A stretch of 27,402 nt of DNA from Gonapodya sp. JEL0774 (taxonomy: Eukaryota), in NCBI GenBank assembly GCA_027604505.1, contig JADIIX010000051.1:124001-151402 (forward strand), given 5' to 3'. Shown here in pieces: positions 1 through 10,500 of this stretch. Each line of letters opens with the position of its first letter. The stretch's first letter is position 1. Made by a program: the position numbers and the translations under genes. The notes under the pieces are model-generated. The model made no database searches, had not been told where the DNA came from, and saw only the letters and a list, made by a program, of their open reading frames with translations.

Positions 1-3000
1 CAACTCACCACAGATCACTCTACCCACCCTGGATTCATCCACCGCCACACTCGCCACATCCCCGCCATTCACCAACCCTACGGGCACAGGCGGCAACCTT
101 CCAAACCCCTCTTGTACGCCTTTCACGACGACGATTTTCCCCCCCGGCCCAGAAACGGGCATGACGAGCCAGGGTTTGGCGTACGCGAGGTAGTCCGAGT
201 CGGCGGGGAAGGACGGCGGAAGGTTCGGGGCAGGGTGGAATGCGGGAATGGGTTTTCCGAGAATAAAGCGGAAGGGGGAAGTTCGAAGGGCGGAGAATTT
301 GGCACTGACGGCGAGAGAGGCGGCGGTAGGAGGACGGGTGGTGGCGGCTGAGATAGGAGCCGCGGACGTGGTGGATGAGGTAGAAACGGTGGAGGATGAG
401 GAGTACGTCGGAGTGGAAGTGGGGATTGGTGCTTGAGAACTAACGGATGAGGTGTTTGGGACTGCAGCGGGAGCGGCCGATGATGATGTTCGAGCGAGCA
501 ATGGGGACGGCGGTGACGCTACTGATCCTGTCACTGGGGCGGTCACCGTGACCGTCGCACTTGCCGGACTCGATCTGTTTGCTCCCACCCTCCTCTCCTT
601 CCACTCCCTCGCCGCCTCCTGCACGCCGACCTTACCCACCTCCCCATTCCCACTCTTGATCCACTCCTCCTTTCCCACCCCTTCCTTCCACCCTCTCGTC
701 TCGGGAAACAACTCGTCGACCCAGTCCCCGTACCTCCTCCTCGGCACGATCCACCGCACGGGCACAACGGCACTCCCGTCGGCAGTTCCCGCAAGTGTGC
801 GGTGGATTTCGCAGCCGAGGTGGTCTAGGGAGAGTTTGGGGACGGAGCAGAAGGTCGAAAGCGGGGACGAGTGGGAGAACTGGGTGATGCCAGTGGTGAG
901 GAACGGCGCGCGGGAGGGGTGAAGGTCGAGCCATGTTATCGTGGGAGAGCCCTACCATAGTTTGGTGGAGGGCATTGGTGAGATGACGTGATAAAAGGTG
1001 GGTTGATGAGACGGGAGACACAATGGACCCTTGGATGCTGCCCCTCAGCAACCTACCCTTCCTCCAATCCAAACCATCCCCGTATCTTCATCCCACATCA
1101 AGCACGACACTCCGCCTGCTCCGCCTGCAAGCTCGTGGTCCACGATGGGCGCAGAGAGGGCGCGAGAGTCCCAGAGCTGGGACGGGTTGTGAGGTTGGGG
1201 AACGAGGAGTCGGTAAAACGCAGTGTAAACGAGGGAGGTGTGTGTGCGTCCGCGGGGGGGGAGCATATGAAGGTGAGTGCGAGAATGCGAAGCATATCTC
1301 CACACTTCCAAACTTCCCTCACACCTTCCACACAAAAACTCACCTTGACTTCTTTCCCACCCCTCTTCCCCGTGCCCGCCGTAGCAAGATACCCCCCACT
1401 GCCGAGCCACGTCACGCGGGAGGGCTTTGTGCCCTGGTGAGCAGAGGTGGCGAGGGCATCGGTGGGGGCGCGGGGGCTGGAATTTAAACGGGAATGGGTG
1501 AGGTGAGGGTAGAGACCGTATTGGAAACGAGTCGCAAGGGACGCCGGATGATGGAGGGGTACCCCATTCGCGGGAAAACATGACCGGCATGGCATCTTCC
1601 CGAGGCGCAACTCCCCTGCGGTCAACTCACTCGAATATTCTCAGCATCGTGTCACGGGCCGTGGTGGCGAGGAGTGACCCGTCGGGGTTCCTGTTTTACG
1701 CGGTGGTGAGGGGGGCCAGGTCGGTGGGTCAGAGCGTGGCAATATGCCGAGATGAAGAAGGGTGTGAGTGGGGTGAGTGTGGAGTTACGGTGGATGAGAA
1801 ACACAAGAGAAATACGAGAAAAAGGCAAAAGTAGTGAATTAGAAGTGCTTGGAAGGTTGTCAAAATGTCTTTCCGTTGAGCTTAGAAAACTGGGGCCGTA
1901 TGTTATGTCTGTTTCATGTCGCGGTTTGAGTCTCGGATCACCTCGTTCAGTCTTAGTGGTCACTCCCTCGGTCACTCCAGTTGTGGTGACTGGAGTAGTT
2001 GGCCAGGTGACAGGCTGGCTCTTGTCCTCGCTGCAGCTTTCCAAGTCGTTGTGCGTTTCGGGTTAAGCGGAGTAAAGGGAAACGCGACCACGCAACATCT
2101 ATCCACACCGCCATAGTCGACACCCTGTCGACGTGTAATGTCACATTCTCCAAGATCGTGCGTCGCAACGCGCTGAGCTCCGTGTTCGAGGCACACCGTT
2201 CAATCAGTGACGTGGGCACTGGACACTGGACGCCCAGCACAAAGCACCACACTCTGAGATCACCTGCGGCACACCTCATTCACAGCCATCCTAGCCGGTT
2301 TCCACAGGGCTCTGTCTCGTAACAAACTCACCAGCCGAGAGCCACGACGGTGTCACCGTGTCCGTTCCATGCGCAAACATCCTTTGCATTTTCCAGGTCC
2401 CACACTTTGATTTCGGGACCGGAGGCGGAGACTGCGAGGCCTGCCGCACTCGGATGGAACGCGAGACACTCGACGCGGCGGGCGGTGGTGTGGGCAGAGG
2501 GAATGGGTGTGGGAGACGGCAGGAGGGAGAGGGCATCGGGGGAGAGGAGGGACGGGGGTTCTGAAGATGGAGGAGGCGTCGGGAGTGCAAAGGTTCGTAA
2601 GGAACCGTCGTCTGCGCCCGCGAGGAGGATCGATGTGGTGTTGGCAGAAGACGCAAGAAGAGGGGAAATAGCAAAGTCAGTGACTGGAGAAGGCACGGAG
2701 AGAGCGAGAGGGAGCGAGTCGAGTCTGCGTGTCGTGGTTGCGATGTCGAGCGGTAGCAGGAAGATTTGGGTGCCTGAATTGGACCGGGCAGCGAACACGA
2801 CGCCATCTGTTGCGAGTCCGTTGGAAGAGTCTGAAGGACCTGCGGAGATTGCGTTGGCCGAGGGGAAGGAGTAGAACTCTTCACGTTTGGGAGTCGTCGG
2901 TGTGACGTTGCGGAACTTCATTCGAACAAGGGGAGACCAGGGTGGATTTAAGGCAGAGAGTAAGAAACAAGGGAGGTGTGGTCTTGCTAGGTGGAAGGGA

Positions 3001-3030
3001 TGATACCTTCGAAAAGACCAGTTTGGACAT
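1..3030 (-). CDS. CORO7: Tandem (class-3) coronin, coronin-7/POD-1-like; 3' part lies beyond the left edge of the window
   Basis: Manual GT-AG splicing gives exons 3030-3007, 2915-2332, 1690-1631, 1476-1344, 1176-1057 and 951-9, followed by another donor. The protein starts MSKLVFSK|FRNV (coronin SKFRHV motif). WD40 motifs: LAFHPSAAG..IKVWD, W|NPDGSLLATTARDTMLRIFD|PR, HQGTKPSRVTWLG, WDEDTGMVWIGGRG. Coronin C-terminal extension IVPRRRYGDWVDELFPET. A second coronin start follows (SALRTSPFRFILGK ... PVSGPGGKIVVV..GRLP). Confidence 0.88.
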
Positions 3031-3286
3031 CGGACAGCGAGCGATCGTGTGGGAAAACGGAGAGATTGCACCAGTGAAAACACGATTGAAAGGGAAGAAA
3101 TTGAGACGGACAAAATATGGCGAAATCGGGGGAAGAGATCGACAAATTCGTGCCGAATGCAAAGTGTTCGTTGGTATGTAACAATTGAACCACGGGCACG
3201 GGCGGACGTGTGACCGGCCCTTGACCTACACCATGATCAACACCAGATTCCCCCCCTTTGCCAACTTTCCACAAGGGAAGACAGAA
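3031..3286. promoter_or_regulatory. Putative bidirectional promoter between coronin-7 and ATG101
   Basis: Only 256 bp separate the two divergent start codons (3030 on -, 3287 on +). Inferred from gene geometry only. Confidence 0.55.
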
Positions 3287-5266
3287 ATGGCAGGACAACA
3301 GGAACAGGACGTGAGAATGACGTCACTCATTTTTTGTGCCCCCTTGTGTCGTCGCTCGTGCGGGGTCTTGATTCGTCTGTGCTCGTCTTCACCTCCTCCC
3401 CGTATCCGCATCGATCATCACCCTCCACACTCGGTGACCAGCCGCCCACCACCACGTTCGATCTTCCAATCACTGTCGAGCGTTTTTATCTCAGAGAGTC
3501 GCTTCGTGCGCTGCTCCACTCCATTCTGTTCCACAGGTCCGCGTGGTTCGCCTGCTTCACCCGCTAACAACACTCACCCCGCGCTTGCCGACTCCCTTTA
3601 TCCTTAGACTCATTGGCCCAATCCGCCCCCGTGTCCTTGAGCTCTCCTCTCTCGACGTTTCTTATGCGCGCGTCGACGACTCGGACATCGAGCGTACAGT
3701 AGAGGAACGAATCACACAGTTTGTCAAGGTGAGACTGTGAGCTGGTGCAATTAACAAAACTCGGCTAGGGGAGATTGCTGGATTGTCTCGGACGCGATTT
3801 GGAAACAGCCCACGTGGTGTCGAGCTCGAAACCGCAGCGTGTGCTCGCAACCAACCCCGGCGACAAACTGGGTTTGTGTGTTTTGGTGATGTTCAAAACA
3901 TATTCCCTCACCTGCTCTACCGACAACCCCACACTTCATTGCACGTTTTCTCAATTCTTCCTCTGACCCCCCACACAGTCCCTCGACACCAGCCCCACCC
4001 CTCCCACCCTCTCTGTCCAGTTCCTCCTCCGTCTGCCTCGCCGCTCCTTTCTCCGTGGACGCTACGAGGAAGACGTATGCTGGGAGAGATGGGATGTCGA
4101 AGTCACCGTGAGGACGAGTAGGAGTGATGCTGGTGGGTAGACATTGGGGACTGTTGCACGGACGACGCGGTAGAGGATTGGGAGGGAGCTGAAACAATCG
4201 AAAACTTGGGAAGAGTTTGAATGGAGTGCTTGCGAAGGGTCTTGGATGCTGATGTCGTGCGATATTCCATGCACCTTCTCCTGGTGTGGGCCTTGCCTTT
4301 GTACCCCCGCACTCCCCCTGTCGTGACTCATCCTACTGTCCCTGACCATCCCTATTCAAGAACACGCACACTCCAAACGTCTCCTCGAGCGAGATTTGGA
4401 AACGGCGCTGGTCAAGATATCGCAGGTGAGTGGGCCGGGAGGTATAACGAAGGAGCAGGAGCGTCGAGTGATGGTTCGGGGGACGGAGTGGAGATGGGGT
4501 GAGGGACATAGAATTGTGGACTGGCGTGCCGTCGTGGGCGAAGCGAGGCCCCTCCATGTTATTGCTTGAGTGCTCCGTAGGTGTTGCGTGGTGTTGTAGA
4601 CACCGCGTGCGTCCACCTCAACACCCACCCAAACCTGTTGCCTGCTCACCGACGACTGCAAAAGAGTAGGCTATGGTCCGGTAATAATCCTTTTGTTTCG
4701 TCACGTACTTGTTCCCACTCGCCAACACCTGTCCTACTGTCCGCTTGTTTCTAACCGACCCTCCCCGTCTTCGCCACCAACCCCACATAACCCCTTCCAT
4801 AGCTCTCCAACGAATCAAAGGACCACATACCGTCCGTGACCACGTCGGATAACCCGCCGTTTCCGTGGAATATCGTGAGTTTTTGGTATCGTCTCTTCTT
4901 TGCGGGTCGTTGGACGATGGCCTGCTGGTACGAGGAGTAACAGCGCCAGACGTTAACACAGATGTTTGTGCGAGGAATTAGTGGAGCTCGTGATATGCGC
5001 TCCCGCTCGGCACACTATATCGGGCTCGAAACGCGAGCTGTGGTCACGGTTCTCAACCTCGAGGCATGGGATGGAGCCTTGTCGTGCTCGTCCTTTGTGC
5101 TTCACAAGTGCAAATTTCCGTGCCTAAATATCCTCGTCACCCTCGAATTACTCCGCGCGCGCATCCCACCTCCACACTCCCCTCCCCTGCTCGAACCTTG
5201 CCACCACACGAATAACGTCTCAAGGTCATCTCTACCCCAACTGGATTCTCCAGCTTCTTCCGATGA
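3287..5266 (+). CDS. ATG101: Autophagy-related protein 101 (HORMA domain), ~190 aa, 7 exons
   Basis: Exons 3287-3310, 3442-3536, 3608-3728, 3979-4132, 4361-4425, 4803-4874 and 5225-5266 total 573 nt in a consistent frame. Family motifs: LRALLHSILFHR, DVSYARVDDSDIERTVEERI, EEDVCWERW, KDHIPSV...PFPWNI. The last exon (VISTPTGFSSFFR*) is the least certain. Confidence 0.9.
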
Positions 5267-5428
5267 GGTCCTGGCCTACACTCAGATTCCCGCTGTCCTG
5301 ACACCCTCGCGTGCGTCTCGCCCGCGCCTCGCCTGCACTAGGGTTTTGAACCCAATAGGGTCGAATGTGGTTGAGGACGTTAGCAAAGTAGGATGAGAAG
5401 GGGTCATTCGGGGAGTACTAGAATGGAA

Positions 5429-5458
5429 GGGGAAGGGGGGGAGGTGGGGGAGGGAGGG
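5429..5458 (+). other. G-rich tract matching the G-quadruplex pattern, downstream of ATG101
   Basis: Five runs of 3 or more G with short spacers (GGGG-AA-GGGGGGG-AGGT-GGGGG-A-GGG-A-GGG). Confidence 0.45.
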
Positions 5459-6087
5459 CGAAGAAATGTCAACCGGCTGGTGACAGGTTGGGGATAGGGG
5501 CTCGCGGCATGAACAGACGATTCCCAGAAGCTCTTTGTTCTTTTTCTGCTATTGTTATTGTTCTGGTGGTTGGTATTTGGTTCTGCTTCTCCCTTACATA
5601 GGAATTTCAATTTTGACCGTAAAATACACTGGATGGATTATCTGCAAACACACACACGAAAGGGACAAGGTGGTGTGAAGAGGGAAGCACATAGTCGCCA
5701 AATTGTTTACGCGGTTGTAGTATAACTGCTGGTGAATCCACGTGTGGCGGAGTCGACACCACGCGACAAGCTTTGTGCCCATAGTGCACTGGTTCACCCA
5801 TGGCATTAAGGTGACGACCAAGAACAGTCCATGCAGTGAAGTGGTTGAGAACGTATGACAATACATATGAGCAGCCAGATGGACGGAGCCTTACGGAGCA
5901 TACCACCGGCGGGAATCAAGCAACACGGAAAACAAAGAAGCACTCAGACACTTGTGAGCAGCGGATTAAGATTAACATACATTACACAAAGCATAGTTAC
6001 ATTTTACGTCTCTGATTATGAACACAATATCCAAAACTGTCCAAAATGCTAACCCACCCATTACATGAACATTCCATTGAGCCAAAA

Positions 6088-7098
6088 TCACTGTGGCGGT
6101 CGGTTCGGCACTGACTGTCCCGAGTCAGTTGACCTGGAGGTCGTTCTGGACGACAGGGAGGACCACGAGGGCGACAAGGAGAGTGTCACGGATGAGCTCG
6201 AGGTTCCACGTGAGAGCCGTTCCATCCGTGCCTTTTCTAGTTTCTCAAGACGTGAGGTGTCGGTCAAGACGTTGACCATGGCATCGCGTGCCGCAGGGGT
6301 GGGGCGCGCACCGTGTGCCAGGAGGAGTTGGATGATATCGGTGTTGGGTATCAGTGCTATCTCGTTGAACGTGCTGCCACTCCCGGTGGGGTTGAGGAGC
6401 TGCGCAATGGCACCGGGCTTGTTGACCCATAACGTCCCTCGTGCCGCCATGTCTTGCACGGGTAGGGCGGGGGACCCTTGAAAGTCCACGACCTGACCTG
6501 TACCCAGAGCGAGTTCCACCGCGGACTGAAAGGTGTACTTGAAGTCCCAGTTCCCTTGCACTACGGTCCACCGCCATGTTGTTTCCGTGAACACGCTCCG
6601 CGGACGAAGAATTTGCCACGAAATGGGGGCGTTTGGATCCGCGCCTGCGCCAAGTAATACTTCTACAATGTCTGTCGAATCCTGGAGTATTGCTAGCGCC
6701 AAGGCTGACTCTGCGTACCGCTCAACGAACCTGTTGGTGGATGGACCTGTACCTGCAGGAGCAGGTATGCGAGGCGAGTGAGGAGCAAGGGGCAACTGTG
6801 AGTGTAATTCATTGTTCATGCGGTGGGCATAGAGCTGCGACCTCGCCAGGGATCTCGTACCTCGTTCTTCTGTTCCGCCTTTCAGTAATTTTTTGACGGA
6901 CTTCGATCCCTCCCACACAGTGCAGCCAATCACCACCCTCTTTCGACAATTTGGGTCCGCTCCGGCTTTCAGAGCCATCCGCACGTCCTCTACGACACCC
7001 TCTTCAACGGCAAGGAGGAGTAAGGAATCAGCGGGTGAGATGGACACCTGAAACTGATTGCTGTCGGGACCTGTCTGCCCTGCACTAATGTACTGCAT
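6088..7098 (-). CDS. Ankyrin-repeat-containing protein of unknown function
   Basis: Ankyrin-like segments: LLLLAVEEGVVEDVRMALKAGADPN, ESALALAILQDSTDIVEVLLGAGADPN, DIIQLLLAHGARP. Probable in-frame 108-nt intron at 6860-6753 (GTACGA...CCTGCAG). The frame stays open upstream to ~7269 behind a TTCTAG acceptor, so the true start is uncertain. Confidence 0.75.
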   Translation of the reverse strand: MQYISAGQTGPDSNQFQVSISPADSLLLLAVEEGVVEDVRMALKAGADPNCRKRVVIGCTVWEGSKSVKKLLKGGTEERGTRSLARSQLYAHRMNNELHSQLPLAPHSPRIPAPAGTGPSTNRFVERYAESALALAILQDSTDIVEVLLGAGADPNAPISWQILRPRSVFTETTWRWTVVQGNWDFKYTFQSAVELALGTGQVVDFQGSPALPVQDMAARGTLWVNKPGAIAQLLNPTGSGSTFNEIALIPNTDIIQLLLAHGARPTPAARDAMVNVLTDTSRLEKLEKARMERLSRGTSSSSVTLSLSPSWSSLSSRTTSRSTDSGQSVPNRPPQ

Positions 7099-7596
7099 CC
7101 TGAACGAAGCGGGTGCTATACCGGGAGTATAGAGAGCCGCTCGTAGAGTATGAATGAGGGCAGTGTGGCTGGGCGATGGTTGTGACGGCGTTCCCGGGTC
7201 CCTTTTTGTCTGAGTTTTTGGTGCGACGGACTTGACATGAAAGAACTCAGACGTCGCTGTTGTAAACAGCTAGAAGGGTACACGCTGGGAGGCGTGGATG
7301 CTTCAAGTCGCGATCCGGCAAATCAAACCCTCTCGTGGCGTTGGGGGGCGGCGTGAATAAGCACAGAAAAACTTGGCACCGATCAGATAAATTTCATCGC
7401 TGAAACCTGTTTGCAACACCACTGGTGCGCCAACACAAGCTAAAGCTTCGATTCTTTTGAATGCTGGAACTCAATCCATTTATCCGGCTTAATTCCAAGG
7501 TTTTGTTTATGTTTCTGGTATGGTGACGGAGTTTTTGAGGGCGCTTCTTTTCGCCGCATGCTACCTTGAGTCGTAACAAAGAAGAGAAATATTGAA

Positions 7597-10500
7597 ATGT
7601 CTTACAACTATCTTCAGAGCGCAGAGCTGAAGCGGGAAGACCGAGGCAAGGTGGGCGAGTTTGAGTCCGGGAGAGCCTCTGCTATCGCCGACTTACTTTG
7701 GAGCCTCTCCACGATTTGTGGCTAATTGAAGCGTCATCTCCAAAACCTTGCTCGTAGGAACTGCCATCGTGGACTGATGAGGAGGCACGTGCGAATACGG
7801 ATGGTTTGGTGAACGACGATCTCACCGTCTGCATTGCTAAACAGGAGCGTGCCGTTGTGCGCAAAGTAGATATGCGTTTGTTGCCGTGGATGATGGTGAG
7901 ATTTCCGGAAAGTGCTTATATTAAATTAAGGTTGGGAATGATGTTCACATGTTTTTGTCGCCTGACTCACACACTGGCGGTACTCTCCAGGTTTGCTACA
8001 CATGCCTCTTGGTAAGTTGGAGACTGGTTGGTGCTGCCCAGCTCTGTGTCCAATGGGATACCGTGCAACACCGGCACGGTTCCTGTTCTTGGTCGCCAGG
8101 TTGACCGGGGCAATATCAGCACAGGTGCGTCACACATGCAAATTGCTTTATTGAATGCGAGCGTAAATCTCAAATGTTTTTGTATGTAAATGTCAAGCTT
8201 ATATCTTGAACAGGGAAGCGAATCATCACATGGTCGCCCAGATTGGACTCACCGGATCCGAACCCAATTGGGCAATCTCAGGTAGGCTTTCGAAAACTGA
8301 AAGCTTTACCTTTGCACCTGCGATTCTGAAGCACTCTATGTTTTGTGCCCCCTTCAGCCTTTTACTGTGAGAATTGCAATTTTGTCATAGAGCATCTACT
8401 TAATACTGACATTCCAACTGTGTTACCATAGTCGGTTTCGTTCTATTCGAGATACCCAGTGTTGGTAACTTGCGTCCAATCTTACTTTGTCATGATCTCC
8501 TCACCGACGTGAATTCTCGCGAACAGAACTTGGTAATCACGAGAGTCACTCCCTCAAAATGGATAACGCGAATAATGACATCGTGTAAGCGCCACTTCTC
8601 CAGTTCATCGAGGAGACCTTCTTTGAAGCCGATGTTTATTGACATTAAACAGGGGGAATTATGGCGGTCAGGACATGTTGTGTTGGGTTTCAAACATCGC
8701 ATTACCTCATTGAGACACTCTGTTCCGCGCTATCAGACTTGCTTGGCCGCCGTACAGAACTTTGCGAGTCTCTTTGTGGTGCGCGTTCTGCTGGGTGTCA
8801 TGGAGGCTGGGTTTGGTCCAGGCATGATGGTGGGTCGTCACTAGAATTTTGAATCCAAACTTACGAGATGCCAATTTGTGAAAATTCAGCTCTATTTGAC
8901 ATTTTGGTACAAGGTGAGGTTCTCCTCTGTTTCAGCTCTGCCGCATGATACTTTCAAAGCAACGACAAAATAACTCTCGATGCGTCTCCTACATCTCTCC
9001 CAGAAATACGAAGGTAAGATATTGCTTTGCTATCATTCTCCACCACCGTCTCACAATTCCTTTAGTTTCCGGGAGGTGGGCAGCCATGTATGGTGGCGCT
9101 CTCATCATCTCGAATTTTGGTATTCTTCTTTCTTGGGCCATTGCTCACATGTGAGGATGATCAATTCTGCGCTCGGATGACTACCGTGTGATGGTCCGTG
9201 ACCGTCAAATTTCTTGATCAGGGATGGAGCGGCGGGCCTCCCGGGGTGGAGATGGTAGGTCACGGCGGGGCGGCTACTGAGTTCTTGCGTGTCGGAGTTG
9301 ACTCATATTAACCTATCCAGGCTTTTCATCATTGTGAGTGCATTGCTGGGCATTTATGTCCCACCTCGAACTCATTAGAGATTCAGGAAGGGGGAGCGTC
9401 GGTGGTGCTGGGACTGATGACATGGTTCATGCTTCCGGTAAGTTTCTTGCAAAATTGCAAAGAGATACTCGATGGATCTCTACACATGAGTGTGCCGATT
9501 TGCTTGTTCCACCACTATCATGCGGTGGCTCTGCTGCCCGAACCCCGCTCCCCCATCTCAGGATTTTCCCCAAACCTGTGGCTTCTTGAATGATCGCGAG
9601 AAGAGCATTGTCATTGGGCGTCTGCCTCCCACTGGACCCACTCTCGCCGCGAAGGAAATGAAGCTTGCAGAGATCATTGATGCATTCAGCGACTGGACCA
9701 TGTACGCTTTTGCTTTCGCACTCATGTTGCTGATAACAACGGTTTCGGCCATGGCATCGTTCCAGCCGACAATAATAAATTTGATGGGTTTCGTATCCAC
9801 AACAGCTCAGCTTCTCGGCATGGTGGGTTTCAAAGCTATTTGAATTTCGGTTAACGAACCTACAACAGATGATCCTGTGTGGTGCAATTTTCAAGCCAAC
9901 TTCATTCGCTGCAGCTTTCTGCGTTCTAACTATTAATTGGTCCTCTGATTATCACCAAGAAAAGACTTTCCACGGCGTTGCAGTACTTGTTCCTTCAATT
10001 ATTGGTTACTTTCTTTTGGCCACCATTCAGTCGAATCTTAACCCTTGGCAAAGGTATGGTCTCCTTTTCTTAACGTCGAGCTCCAGCTCTTGTAAGTTGC
10101 ATGCAGTCGATGATGACACGTCTGGTAGTACAGGGTCATCGCTAATCATCGTTCCCGAACCCAGTTATCCCACTTTGTTCAGGATTCTCATCAATCACAA
10201 CAAAGGGTGCTTCGCGAGTAGCGATTCGATCAGCGTTCACACTTGCAGCAGGAAACATTGGTGAGTGTGTTGAGCGGGTCCATGTTTTGATCTGCCGTAG
10301 TGATTCAATTTAAACTGAAATTTGAGGGGCCGCCGTCGGTGGTCAAGTATATCAGAGTGACGACGCTCCACTCTACATCCGAGGGCATTACATGTTGGTA
10401 CATCGAGAATGACCCTTTGATCACACGCCCAGACCTCACCTGCAGATAATCCTGTCGATTAGCAATGCAGGGTTGTCAATTGCAACGCTATTCGTTTGGA

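Noticed and set aside
112..2874. Many plus-strand ORFs over the coronin gene, and similar antisense ORFs elsewhere in the track
   Set aside because: They are shadows of GC-rich coding exons on the opposite strand or in other frames, with no recognisable domains.
2916..3006. Possible U12-type (minor) intron: donor GTATCA and CCTTAA upstream of the acceptor
   Set aside because: The donor deviates from GTATCCTT, and the CCTTAA lies ~35 nt from the AG without matching TCCTTAAC. An ordinary U2 intron explains it.
4962..5396. 144-aa ORF after the ATG101 penultimate exon
   Set aside because: It mostly spans ATG101 intron 6 and the 3' UTR and has no homology features. The short exon 5225-5266 in another frame gives a more plausible ATG101 end.
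5594..5906. Two overlapping 90-99 aa minus-strand ORFs
   Set aside because: No ATG-supported, domain-like sequence; the composition looks like UTR or intergenic DNA.
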